Virus record (IMG/VR): IMGVR_UViG_2619619129_000001
Length of the DNA stretch: 6,138 nucleotides
Strand: one strand, 5' to 3'
Source: a virus
Taxonomy: Duplodnaviria; Heunggongvirae; Uroviricota; Caudoviricetes
This document shows, piece after piece, positions 1 through 6,138 of this stretch; the stretch's first letter is position 1, and each line of letters begins with the position of its first letter. The notes beneath the pieces are model-generated. The model saw only the letters and a list, made by a program, of their open reading frames with translations. It did no database searches and was not told the origin of the DNA. The position numbers and the translations under genes were made by a program.

Positions 1-30
1 AGTGTATGATGGTGTTTTTGAGGTGCTCCA

Positions 31-306
31 GTGGCTTCTGTTTCTATCAGCTGTCCCTCCTGTTCAGCTACTGACGGGGTGGTGCGTAACGGCAAAAGCA
101 CTGCCGGACATCAGCGCTATCTCTGCTCTCACTGCCGTAAAACATGGCAACTGCAGTTCACTTACACCGCTTCTCAACCCGGTACGCACCAGAAAATCAT
201 TGATATGGCCATGAATGGCGTTGGATGCCGGGCAACTGCCCGCATTATGGGCGTTGGCCTCAACACGATTTTACGTCACTTAAAAAACTCAGGCCGCAGT
301 CGGTAA
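31..306 (+). CDS. insA: IS1 InsA transposition inhibitor / N-terminal part of the InsAB' transposase (GTG start)
   Basis: 91-aa translation [24 protein letters not shown]...LKNSGRSR, recognised as IS1 InsA; zinc-finger-like CPSC...CSHC motif. Confidence 0.9.
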
Positions 307-728
307 CCTCGCGCATACAGCCGGGCAGTGACGTCATCGTCTGCGCGGAAATGGACGAACAGTGGGGCTATGTCGGGGCTAAATCGCGCCAGCGCTGGCT
401 GTTTTACGCGTATGACAGGCTCCGGAAGACGGTTGTTGCGCACGTATTCGGTGAACGCACTATGGCGACGCTGGGGCGTCTTATGAGCCTGCTGTCACCC
501 TTTGACGTGGTGATATGGATGACGGATGGCTGGCCACTGTATGAATCCCGCCTGAAGGGAAAGCTGCACGTAATCAGCAAGCGATATACGCAGCGAATTG
601 AGCGGCATAACCTGAATCTGAGGCAGCACCTGGCACGGCTGGGACGGAAGTCGCTGTCGTTCTCAAAATCGGTGGAGCTGCATGACAAAGTCATCGGGCA
701 TTATCTGAACATAAAACACTATCAATAA
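225..728 (+). CDS. insB: IS1 InsB reading frame (expressed mainly as InsAB' fusion after a -1 frameshift)
   Basis: 167-aa frame [16 protein letters not shown]...HYLNIKHYQ, recognised as IS1 InsB; lies in the -1 frame relative to insA and overlaps its 3' end. Confidence 0.85.
282..288 (+). other. Programmed -1 ribosomal frameshift slippery site A AAA AAC joining insA to insB
   Basis: AAAAAAC heptamer at 282-288, in the insA frame as L-K-N (tta aaa aac), within the insA/insB overlap; established IS1 mechanism. Confidence 0.7.
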
Positions 729-1173
729 GTTGGAGTCATTACCCTATTTACTAAGAAGGGCTGAAGCATGGATACAATTATTACATGGATGGGAGATCGT
801 CTGTTGGGGGGACACAAAAATCCGATCTGCGGCAGATGGCGATCACTGGATTAACTTCCGCGATTTGTTCAACAATTTTGTACACTGAAAAATTAAAACA
901 TGGTGAGCCTATTAACCCAAACGAAGAAGAAAAACTTTATAGGCTTTGGTATGAAGGAAACGCTTGAAAGAATAAAGCACAATTAAAACCTTTGATTTGC
1001 GATAATCAACTTGCCATAATTAAGTAATCGAAGCCTGAACAACTCCGGTGACTTCTGCGCTAAACGGGGACGTTTATGCGCACATACAATCCAAACTCTC
1101 TTCTCCCTTCACAGATGCAGAGATGCACCTGCGATTTTTTGCATCCAGCGTTTGACCTCTGCGGAGGTGAAGC

Positions 1174-1629
1174 GTGAACCTCCCACAAGACGGCATCAAA
1201 TTGCATCGCGGCAACTTCACCGCTATCGGCCAGCAGATCCAGCCTTATCTGGAGGAAGGCAAATGCTTTCGCATGGTGCTTAAACCGTGGCGTGAGAAAT
1301 GCAGTCTTTCCCAGAATGCACTCAGCCACATGTGGTACAGCGAAATCAGTGAATACCTCATCAGCAGGGGGAAATCGTTCGCTACTTCAGCATGGGTAAA
1401 AGATGCTCTCAAACACACATACCTCGGTTATGAAACCAAGGACCTGGTTGATGTCGTAACCGGTGATATCACCACTATCCAGTCGTTACGCCATACCTCC
1501 GATCTTGATACCGGAGAGATGTATGTCTTCCTGTGTAAGGTTGAAGCCTGGGCGGTGAATATTGGCTGCCACCTGACTATTCCGCAGAGCTGCGAGTTCC
1601 AGCTGCTCCGCGACAAGCAGGAGGCGTAA
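1174..1629 (+). CDS. ybcN: YbcN, NinB/Orf-family protein of lambdoid nin region (151 aa, GTG start)
   Basis: 151-aa ORF with GGAGG Shine-Dalgarno upstream; translation matches my recollection of DLP12 YbcN; stop TAA overlaps the ninE ATG (TAATG). Confidence 0.8.
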   Translation: MNLPQDGIKLHRGNFTAIGQQIQPYLEEGKCFRMVLKPWREKCSLSQNALSHMWYSEISEYLISRGKSFATSAWVKDALKHTYLGYETKDLVDVVTGDITTIQSLRHTSDLDTGEMYVFLCKVEAWAVNIGCHLTIPQSCEFQLLRDKQEA

Positions 1630-1799
1630 TGGCTACACCGCTTATTCGTGTCATGAACGGACACATCTACAGAGTATCAAATCGTCGTAAGCGTAAGCCT
1701 GAGCTGAAGCCATCCGAAATACCAACACTGCTCGGATATACCGCTAGCCTGGTTGATAAAAAATGGTTGCGACTGGCAGCAAGGAGGAATCATGGCTGA
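1629..1799 (+). CDS. ninE: NinE-like small protein (56 aa)
   Basis: Hand-translated [56 protein letters not shown]; not in the ORF track (<60 aa). Start overlaps the ybcN stop, and stop overlaps the ybcO start (ATGGCTGA). Confidence 0.75.
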   Translation: MATPLIRVMNGHIYRVSNRRKRKPELKPSEIPTLLGYTASLVDKKWLRLAARRNHG

Positions 1800-2082
1800 T
1801 TTGAGAAAAGCAGCGCGTGGTCGGGAATGCCAGGTAAGAATCCCTGGCGTATGTAATGGCAACCCTGAAACGTCTGTACTGGCACATATCCGGCTGACTG
1901 GATTGTGCGGCACCGGTACGAAACCGCCAGACCTGATTGCCACCATTGCATGTTCTGCCTGCCACGACGAAATCGACCGCCGCACGCATTTTGTTGACGC
2001 TGGATATGCAAAAGAATGCGCGCTGGAAGGTATGGCGAGAACGCAGGTTATCTGGCTGAAAGAGGGGGTAATTAAGGCGTGA
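1792..2082 (+). CDS. ybcO: YbcO, Cys/His-rich DUF1364-type protein (96 aa), putative metal-dependent nuclease
   Basis: ATG at 1792 preceded by AGGAGG; 96-aa product [23 protein letters not shown]...[11 protein letters not shown]...; the track ORF begins 13 codons earlier, but the Shine-Dalgarno supports 1792. Confidence 0.8.
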   Translation: MADLRKAARGRECQVRIPGVCNGNPETSVLAHIRLTGLCGTGTKPPDLIATIACSACHDEIDRRTHFVDAGYAKECALEGMARTQVIWLKEGVIKA

Positions 2083-2441
2083 ATACTTACCACATCACAC
2101 TACCCTGGCCGCCGAGCAATAACCGCTACTACCGCCATAATCGAGGGCGCACGCACATCAGCGCAGAAGGGCAGGCATACCGCGATAACGTCGCCCGAAT
2201 CATTAAAGGCTCAATGCTGGATATCGGTCTGGCTATGCCTGTCAAAATCCGCATTGAGTGCCACATGCCGGATCGCCGTCGCCGTGACCTGGATAATCTA
2301 CAAAAAGCCTCTTTTGACGCACTCACCAAAGCAGGTTTCTGGCTGGATGATGCTCAGGTCGTTGATTACCGCGTTGTGAAGATGCCTGTTACCAAAGGTG
2401 GGAGGCTGGAACTGACCATCACCGAAATGGGGAATAAATGA
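2079..2441 (+). CDS. rusA: RusA Holliday-junction resolvase (120 aa, GTG start)
   Basis: Translation [23 protein letters not shown]...RRRRDLDN...WLDDAQV... matches RusA, including the acidic catalytic motifs (DLD, LDD); start overlaps the ybcO stop (GTGA). Confidence 0.9.
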   Translation: MNTYHITLPWPPSNNRYYRHNRGRTHISAEGQAYRDNVARIIKGSMLDIGLAMPVKIRIECHMPDRRRRDLDNLQKASFDALTKAGFWLDDAQVVDYRVVKMPVTKGGRLELTITEMGNK

Positions 2442-2578
2442 TGTTTGAGTTTTATATGGCAGAACTTCTTCGCCACCGCTGGGGGCATCTGCGCTTATAT
2501 CGTTTCCCCGGTTCTGTTTTGACCGATTACCGAATACTGAAGAATTACGCCAAAACCCTGACAGGAGCAGGAGTATGA
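2438..2578 (+). CDS. ylcG: YlcG-like small protein (46 aa)
   Basis: Hand-translated [46 protein letters not shown]; start overlaps the rusA stop (AAATGATG). Start could equally be the second ATG at 2441. Confidence 0.55.
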   Translation: MMFEFYMAELLRHRWGHLRLYRFPGSVLTDYRILKNYAKTLTGAGV

Positions 2579-2663
2579 AGTCAGAGATAACAATCAACTA
2601 ATACTGTTTTGTTGATTTTTGCTTGTAATTGGCGTTCTGGTCTGATTTTTGTGGAGTAAGTTG

Positions 2664-3047
2664 ATGCGTGATATTCAGATGGTTCTTGAGCGTTGGGGAG
2701 CGTGGGCGGCTAATAATCATGAAGATGTGACCTGGTCGTCCATTGCCGCCGGTTTTAAGGGATTAATTACTTCAAAAGTAAAATCTCGCCCGCAATGTTG
2801 TGACGATGACGCGATGATTATTTGCGGGTGCATGGCCCGTCTGAAAAAGAACAACAGCGATTTGCACGATTTATTAGTAGATTATTATGTAGTCGGTATG
2901 ACATTCATGTCACTGGCAGGTAAGCATTGCTGCTCTGATGGTTATATCGGGAAAAGGTTACAGAAGGCTGAGGGCATAATTGAAGGGATGTTAATGGCAT
3001 TAGATATCCGGTTAGAGATGGATATCGTTGTTAATAACTCTAATTAA
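2664..3047 (+). CDS. quuD: Late-gene antiterminator Q (127 aa), Cys-rich (CCDDD...CGC...CC)
   Basis: ATG at 2664 with GGAG 8 nt upstream; translation [22 protein letters not shown]... matches the DLP12 Q protein; the track ORF starts 5 codons earlier at a TTG. Confidence 0.85.
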   Translation: MRDIQMVLERWGAWAANNHEDVTWSSIAAGFKGLITSKVKSRPQCCDDDAMIICGCMARLKKNNSDLHDLLVDYYVVGMTFMSLAGKHCCSDGYIGKRLQKAEGIIEGMLMALDIRLEMDIVVNNSN

Positions 3048-3074
3048 TATGCCAATTATTTACTAAAACTTATT

Positions 3075-3105
3075 AAAAATGGGGCGTTGAGACGCCCCCA
3101 AAAAT
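3075..3105 (-). terminator. Candidate intrinsic terminator for minus-strand (nmpC) transcription: GGGGCG-ttgaga-CGCCCC hairpin at 3081-3098 flanked by A-runs on plus (T-runs on minus)
   Basis: Perfect 6-bp GC-rich stem, 6-nt loop; on the minus strand it is followed by ATTTTTAAT. Confidence 0.4.
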
Positions 3106-3186
3106 AAAGGGTAATATATAACAGAAGGTTTATATAGTTAGAAGCAAGGTTGTGCTTCTAAAGGAAGTGGCTTGAGGGAGCCACTT

Positions 3187-3228
3187 ATATGTTGGGGAGG
3201 CAACGCCTCCCGCAACATATCTTTTTCG
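3187..3228 (+). terminator. Candidate rho-independent terminator for plus-strand transcription: ATATGTTGGGGAGGC-aac-GCCTCCC(g)CAACATAT stem followed by CTTTTTCG
   Basis: About 15-bp stem with one bulge, 3-nt loop, then a 5-T run at 3222-3226; sits 8 bp from the nmpC stop codon. Confidence 0.55.
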
Positions 3229-3236
3229 TAATCAGA

Positions 3237-4334
3237 TTAGAACTGGTAAACCAGACCTACAGCAACGATGTCATCAGTGCTTACACCGAGTGCTTTAGTG
3301 AAGTCATTTTTGTCAAGCAGGTTGATTTTGTAATCAACGAAAGTAGACATATTTTTGTTGAAGTAATAGGTTGCACCTACATCAACATATTTGACTAAGT
3401 CCTGATCGCCCCATACTCCAAGATCCTTACCTTTAGATTGCAGGTAAGCAACGGACGGACGCAGACCGAAATCGAACTGATATTGTGCAACAGCTTCGAA
3501 GTTTTGGGCTTTATTAGCAACGAAGTGATCAGCAAATACAGTCATATTCTGGGTTTCAGAATAGGTAGTGGCCAGGTAAATGTTGTTAGCGTCATATTTC
3601 AGACCTGCGGCCCAAACTTCTGCATTTTTACCGGAAGCAAATACTTCAGGAAGAACTTTCCCTGCATTAACTTGAGTGTCGGTACGATCAGATTTCGCAT
3701 AAGTTGCACCGATACCGAATCCTTCGTATTCATAGGTAGCAGAGAAACCGAAGCCATCACCGTTACCTTCAGTGTAGTTATCGAAATCGCTACGATCGTT
3801 TTTGCCTTGGTACTGAGCAGCAAAGTTCAGACCATCAACCAGACCAAAGAAGTCGTTGTTACGATAGGTTGCAACACCAGTTGCACGTTGAGTCATGAAC
3901 ACGTCGGTTTGAGTCCAAGTGTCACCACCGAATTCTGGCAGGACGTCAGTCCACGCACCGATGTCGTATGCTACACCGTAGTTACGGCCGTAATCGATGG
4001 AGCCGTAGTCACCGAATTTCAGGCCAGCGAAGGCAAGACGGGTTTTATCTTTGGAGGAACCTTGAGATTCAGCGCGGTTGCCTTTGAATTCATATTCCCA
4101 CTGACCGAAACCAGTCAGTTGATCGTTGATTTGGGTTTCACCTTTGAAGCCAAGACGGGCATAAGTAGTATCACCATCATCTGCATCATTAGAGGAGAAG
4201 TAGTGCTTAGCATTAACTTTCCCGTACAGATCCAGCTTGTTACTGTCTTTATTATAAATTTCAGCTGCCTGAGCAGACATCGCCATCAGTACTGATGCAG
4301 CTACAGCAGAAATTGCCACTGTTAATTTTTTCAT
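3237..4334 (-). CDS. nmpC: Intact OmpC/OmpF-family outer-membrane porin (NmpC / Lc-like), 365 aa with signal peptide
   Basis: Signal peptide [23 protein letters not shown] then AEIYNKD...; PEFGG loop-3 motif; C-terminal ...GLVYQF ending in Phe; start chosen at the ATG at 4334 (AAGGG Shine-Dalgarno upstream) rather than the track's upstream ATG at 4394. Confidence 0.9.
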   Translation of the reverse strand: MKKLTVAISAVAASVLMAMSAQAAEIYNKDSNKLDLYGKVNAKHYFSSNDADDGDTTYARLGFKGETQINDQLTGFGQWEYEFKGNRAESQGSSKDKTRLAFAGLKFGDYGSIDYGRNYGVAYDIGAWTDVLPEFGGDTWTQTDVFMTQRATGVATYRNNDFFGLVDGLNFAAQYQGKNDRSDFDNYTEGNGDGFGFSATYEYEGFGIGATYAKSDRTDTQVNAGKVLPEVFASGKNAEVWAAGLKYDANNIYLATTYSETQNMTVFADHFVANKAQNFEAVAQYQFDFGLRPSVAYLQSKGKDLGVWGDQDLVKYVDVGATYYFNKNMSTFVDYKINLLDKNDFTKALGVSTDDIVAVGLVYQF

Positions 4335-4480
4335 CGTGAGCCCTTTTTTTGAACTATTATTAAAAAATGATGTCACTGCGCGATAAATATTCATCTAATC
4401 AATGTGATTATTTCAAGATGTAAGTTTTGGTTTCTCGTTTGATTTGTGAAGTAGATCTCTATTTTTATCTGAACTTTTTT
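4335..4480 (-). promoter_or_regulatory. Probable nmpC promoter and 5' UTR region (exact -35/-10 not resolved)
   Basis: AT-rich sequence directly upstream of the porin start on the minus strand; porin genes typically carry 80-110-nt leaders. Positional inference only. Confidence 0.35.
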
Positions 4481-4703
4481 CTATCGAATCCTATTCATGG
4501 CTCTTGGCTGAATAAAAATAAATCTATTAGCCAATTTATATTAACGGCTGTTATTTATAAGTGCTCTATAATTTGAAGGTTCAATTTAAACCGGCTAAAA
4601 ATAACACTGGAAATTATTTGTTGGTTATTTGTTGAGATTTGCTTATGTATTTGTAGTGGTGTTTTCAATACTCGGTAGCATTCTCGCAAATATCATTTAG
4701 TGG

Positions 4704-4731
4704 TTTACGTACGTAAAAAATTGGTTATGCT
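4704..4731 (+). promoter_or_regulatory. Candidate sigma70-type promoter (TTTACG -16 nt- TATGCT) overlapping a 14-bp perfect palindrome; possible late promoter or leader promoter for the lysis cassette
   Basis: -35-like TTTACG 4704-4709, -10-like TATGCT 4726-4731; the spacer contains AAAATTGG, which resembles the phage lambda PR' spacer as I remember it; terminator about 30 bp downstream. Confidence 0.3.
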
Positions 4732-4761
4732 GTTAAGAGTGGTTACTTCGTCACACAGCTT

Positions 4762-4794
4762 AAACCCGCCGTCGAGCGGGTTTTTCCATTTTTT
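4762..4794 (+). terminator. Strong rho-independent terminator on plus strand: AAACCCGC-cgtcga-GCGGGTTT followed by TTCCATTTTTT
   Basis: 8-bp stem, 6-nt loop, immediately followed by a T-rich tract; about 110 bp upstream of the holin start. tR'-like position. Confidence 0.7.
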
Positions 4795-4906
4795 GAGTCT
4801 CGATATTAGCTGATAACCCAATACCTGAGTTATTCACTGACTCCGAGTCTGTTACGTTTCGTAGTATTCCCTCAATTTACACCCGCTTTGTCTGCGAGGT
4901 GGGGTT

Positions 4907-5122
4907 ATGAAATCCATGGATAAGTTAACAACGGGTGTCGCCTATGGCACCTCAGCAGGTAGTGCCGGGTACTGGTTTTTACAGCTGCTAGATAAAGTCA
5001 CGCCCTCACAGTGGGCGGCAATTGGAGTGCTGGGTAGCCTGGTATTTGGCCTGCTGACGTACCTGACAAACCTTTATTTCAAGATTAAAGAAGATAAGCG
5101 CAAGGCTGCGAGAGGTGGATAA
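4907..5122 (+). CDS. essD: Phage 21-type class II holin (pinholin), 71 aa, dual-start motif MKSM
   Basis: Translation [29 protein letters not shown]...[11 protein letters not shown] resembles S21; GAGGTGGGG Shine-Dalgarno; two in-frame Met codons (4907 and 4916); stop overlaps the rrrD start (TAATG). Confidence 0.9.
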
Positions 5123-5619
5123 TGTCGCCATCATTACGCAAGGCTGTAGCAGCTGCTATTGGTGGTGGGGCTGTTGCCATAGCGTCTGTGCTCATCACTG
5201 GTCCGAGTGGTGACGATGGTCTGGAAGGTGTCAGCTACATACCATATAAAGATATCGTTGGCGTATGGACTGTATGTCACGGGCATACAGGAAAAGACAT
5301 CATTCCCGGTAAAACGTATACCGAAGCAGAATGCAAAGCCCTCCTGAATAAAGACCTTGCCACTGTCGCCAGACAAATTAACCCGTACATCAAAGTCGAT
5401 ATACCGGAAACAACGCGCGGCGCTCTTTACTCGTTCGTCTACAACGTGGGTGCTGGCAATTTCAGAATATCGACGCTTCTTCGCAAAATAAACCAGGGTG
5501 ATATCAAAGGCGCATGTGATCAGCTACGTCGCTGGACATATGCTGGCGGTAAGCAATGGAAAGGTCTCATGACTCGTCGTGAGATTGAGCGTGAAATCTG
5601 TTTGTGGGGTAAGCAATGA
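5122..5619 (+). CDS. rrrD: SAR (signal-anchor-release) endolysin, T4-lysozyme-like muramidase, 165 aa
   Basis: N-terminal Gly/Ala-rich weakly hydrophobic segment [20 protein letters not shown], then a lysozyme-like domain (LEGVSY...[15 protein letters not shown]); resembles phage 21 R. Confidence 0.9.
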   Translation: MSPSLRKAVAAAIGGGAVAIASVLITGPSGDDGLEGVSYIPYKDIVGVWTVCHGHTGKDIIPGKTYTEAECKALLNKDLATVARQINPYIKVDIPETTRGALYSFVYNVGAGNFRISTLLRKINQGDIKGACDQLRRWTYAGGKQWKGLMTRREIEREICLWGKQ

Positions 5620-6077
5620 ACAGAGTAACCGCGATTATCTCCGCTCTGGTTATCTGCATCATCGTCTGCCTGTCATGGGCTGTTAATCATTACCGTGATA
5701 ACGCCATTACCTACAAAGCCCAGCGCGACAAAAATGCCAGAGAACTGAAGCTGGCGAACGCGGCAATTACTGACATGCAGATGCGCCAGCGTGATGTTGC
5801 TGCACTGGATGAAAAATACACGAAGGAGTTAGCTAATGCGAAAGCTGAAAATGATGCTCTGCGTGATGATGTTGCCGCTGGTCGTCGTCGGTTGCACATC
5901 AAAGCAGTCTGTCAGTCAGTGCGTGAAGCCACCACCGCCTCCGGCGTGGATAATGCAGCCTCCCCCCGACTGGCAGACACCGCTGAACGGGATTATTTCA
6001 CCCTCAGAGAGAGGCTGATCACTATGCAAAAACAACTGGAAGGAACCCAGAAGTATATTAATGAGCAGTGCAGATAG
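5616..6077 (+). CDS. rzpD: Rz-type inner-membrane spanin (i-spanin), 153 aa
   Basis: N-terminal TM segment [18 protein letters not shown] followed by a charged, coiled-coil-like region; start overlaps the rrrD stop (ATGA). Confidence 0.9.
   Translation: MNRVTAIISALVICIIVCLSWAVNHYRDNAITYKAQRDKNARELKLANAAITDMQMRQRDVAALDEKYTKELANAKAENDALRDDVAAGRRRLHIKAVCQSVREATTASGVDNAASPRLADTAERDYFTLRERLITMQKQLEGTQKYINEQCR
5836..6018 (+). CDS. rzoD: Rz1-type outer-membrane lipoprotein spanin (o-spanin), 60 aa, fully embedded in rzpD in the +1 frame
   Basis: Lipobox LVVVGC (Cys20) after a signal-like N-terminus, Pro-rich mature part (PPPPPAW...PPPDW); classic embedded Rz1 arrangement. Confidence 0.85.
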   Translation: MRKLKMMLCVMMLPLVVVGCTSKQSVSQCVKPPPPPAWIMQPPPDWQTPLNGIISPSERG

Positions 6078-6080
6078 AGC

Positions 6081-6098
6081 TGCCCATATCGATGGGCA
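6081..6098. terminator. Short hairpin TGCCCAT-atcg-ATGGGCA between convergent rzpD and borD; possible weak bidirectional terminator
   Basis: 7-bp stem with 4-nt loop in the 31-bp gap between two convergent stop codons; no strong T-tract on either side. Confidence 0.25.
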
Positions 6099-6108
6099 AC
6101 TCATGCAA

Positions 6109-6138
6109 TTATTGTGAGCAATACACACGCGCTTCCAG
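6109..6138 (-). CDS. borD: 3' end (last 9 codons plus stop) of a Bor-family lipoprotein gene; remainder lies off-window
   Basis: Minus-strand reading from the window end gives ...LEARVYCSQ-stop, matching the C-terminus of lambda Bor as I recall it; position after the Rz genes on the opposite strand fits lambdoid order. Only 30 bp visible. Confidence 0.45.
   Translation of the reverse strand: MEARVYCSQ

Larger units (their letters stand above)
1..743 (+). mobile_element. IS1 insertion sequence, truncated at the window's left edge (about 25 bp including the left inverted repeat lie off-window); right end approx. 743 (...AAGTTGGAGTCATTACC)
   Basis: Encodes the characteristic InsA (91 aa) and InsB (167 aa) proteins with the A6C slippery site between them; the right terminal sequence matches my recollection of the IS1 end. 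End coordinate is +/- a few bp. Confidence 0.9.

Noticed and set aside
2-214. 70-aa plus-strand ORF overlapping insA in another frame
   Set aside because: Alternative frame of insA; the InsA translation is the recognised product.
404-694. 96-aa minus-strand ORF inside IS1
   Set aside because: Antisense to insB within a well-characterised IS element; no known IS1 gene on this strand.
785-967. 60-aa plus-strand ORF in the unassigned stretch after IS1
   Set aside because: No convincing Shine-Dalgarno, no recognisable family, low-complexity C-terminus; kept only as a low-interest note in findings.
1753-1791. Upstream extension of ybcO (track start [14 protein letters not shown]...)
   Set aside because: The ATG at 1792 has a strong AGGAGG ribosome-binding site and gives the expected 96-aa product.
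1060-2597. Multiple minus-strand ORFs (1060-1329, 1428-1664, 1677-2093, 1744-1989, 1790-2011, 2129-2329, 2298-2597)
   Set aside because: All are antisense to the tightly packed, well-supported ybcN-ninE-ybcO-rusA-ylcG chain; most likely shadow ORFs.
2649-2663. Upstream TTG start for Q (track start [10 protein letters not shown])
   Set aside because: ATG at 2664 with GGAG at proper spacing gives the expected 127-aa Q protein.
3087-3117. Possible promoter TTGAGA ... TAATAT right after Q
   Set aside because: Spacer is about 19 bp and the -35 lies in a hairpin loop; too weak to call as a feature, retained only as alternative (a) in the late-promoter finding.
3438-4295. 285-aa plus-strand ORF antisense to the porin gene (also 3189-3398 plus and 3599-3823 minus)
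   Set aside because: Lies entirely within the porin coding region on the opposite strand, with biased composition and no family resemblance; shadow ORF. The shorter ORFs are likewise frame artefacts.
4335-4394. N-terminal extension of the porin (track start [20 protein letters not shown]...)
   Set aside because: The canonical signal peptide begins at MKKLTV (ATG at 4334) with its own Shine-Dalgarno; the extension would place 20 residues before the signal peptide.
5134-6128. Minus-strand ORFs within the lysis genes (5134-5376, 5711-5902, 5916-6128)
   Set aside because: Antisense to well-supported lysis genes; the 5916-6128 ORF is in a different frame from the Bor-like C-terminus at the window edge.
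1-6138. CRISPR arrays, tRNA or rRNA genes, integrase/att sites
   Set aside because: No repeat-spacer periodicity, no tRNA-like cloverleaf candidates and no integrase ORF seen; the window appears to be internal to the prophage.

Overview
This window reads as a segment of a DLP12-like defective lambdoid prophage of an E. coli-type genome; I see no convincing evidence of a wholly novel system. Left to right: most of an IS1 element (1-743, left end cut by the window edge), a 430-bp unassigned stretch, the nin-region gene chain ybcN-ninE-ybcO-rusA-ylcG, the late antiterminator Q (quuD), a 189-bp gap holding four hairpins, an intact OmpC-family porin gene (nmpC/lc-like) on the opposite strand, a 572-bp AT-rich intergenic region, the lysis cassette essD-rrrD-rzpD with embedded rzoD, and the last codons of borD on the minus strand. 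No rRNA, tRNA or CRISPR array was seen. The items most worth a second look are regulatory: where the Q-dependent late promoter actually sits relative to the porin gene, a promoter-plus-terminator leader unit with a 14-bp perfect palindrome just upstream of the holin, and the co-oriented IS1 upstream of the cryptic rusA operon. All protein identifications come from reading the supplied translations against remembered protein families; no database search was run.
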